Below are positions 63,924-64,000 of a stretch of DNA of 64,000 bases, one piece after another. Both the position numbers and the translations under genes were made by a program. The notes under the pieces are model-generated. The model worked only from the letters and a program-made list of their open reading frames with translations, did no database searches and was not told the DNA's origin. Source of the stretch: Octopus sinensis (taxonomy: Eukaryota); NCBI RefSeq assembly GCF_006345805.1, contig NC_043010.1:29574001-29638000 (forward strand), written 5' to 3'. Each line of letters starts with the position of its first letter. Position 1 is the stretch's first letter.

Positions 63924-64000
<77 letters not shown>
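62350..64000. repeat. Microsatellite-rich tract: (ATCT)n, (GT)n, (TATG)n, (AT)n
   Basis: Direct inspection. Confidence 0.9.

Overview
Eukaryotic, AT-rich, microsatellite- and transposon-dense genomic DNA. The SINE, RTE and Penelope families and the (AT)n/(GT)n load look like a coleoid cephalopod (Octopus-like); this is recognition from memory, not a database result. One clearly intact protein-coding ORF is present: a 7-finger C2H2 zinc-finger protein at 41723-42871 (+). There is also a spliced-looking CARD/death-fold-like exon at 15530-16148 (-) and a few weak exon candidates. Most of the rest is decayed mobile DNA. Retroelements: three R4/Dong LINE pieces, RTE LINEs (four large pieces plus 3'-UTR fragments), one CR1, two CRE-clade fragments, three Penelope-like pieces (one Naiad-like, one Poseidon-like) and tRNA-derived SINEs of two families. 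DNA elements: two Buster/Charlie hATs, mariner, maT/Tc1 and Tigger pieces, Helitron-type elements and a MULE-type MITE. Fold-back (inverted-repeat) structures are numerous. The most intriguing signal is a ~73-nt motif present twice in the 5' UTR of the Dong element, with compensatory base changes that support a conserved, possibly pseudoknotted RNA fold. No rRNA, true tRNA gene or CRISPR array was seen. Coordinates of decayed elements are approximate (tens of bp).
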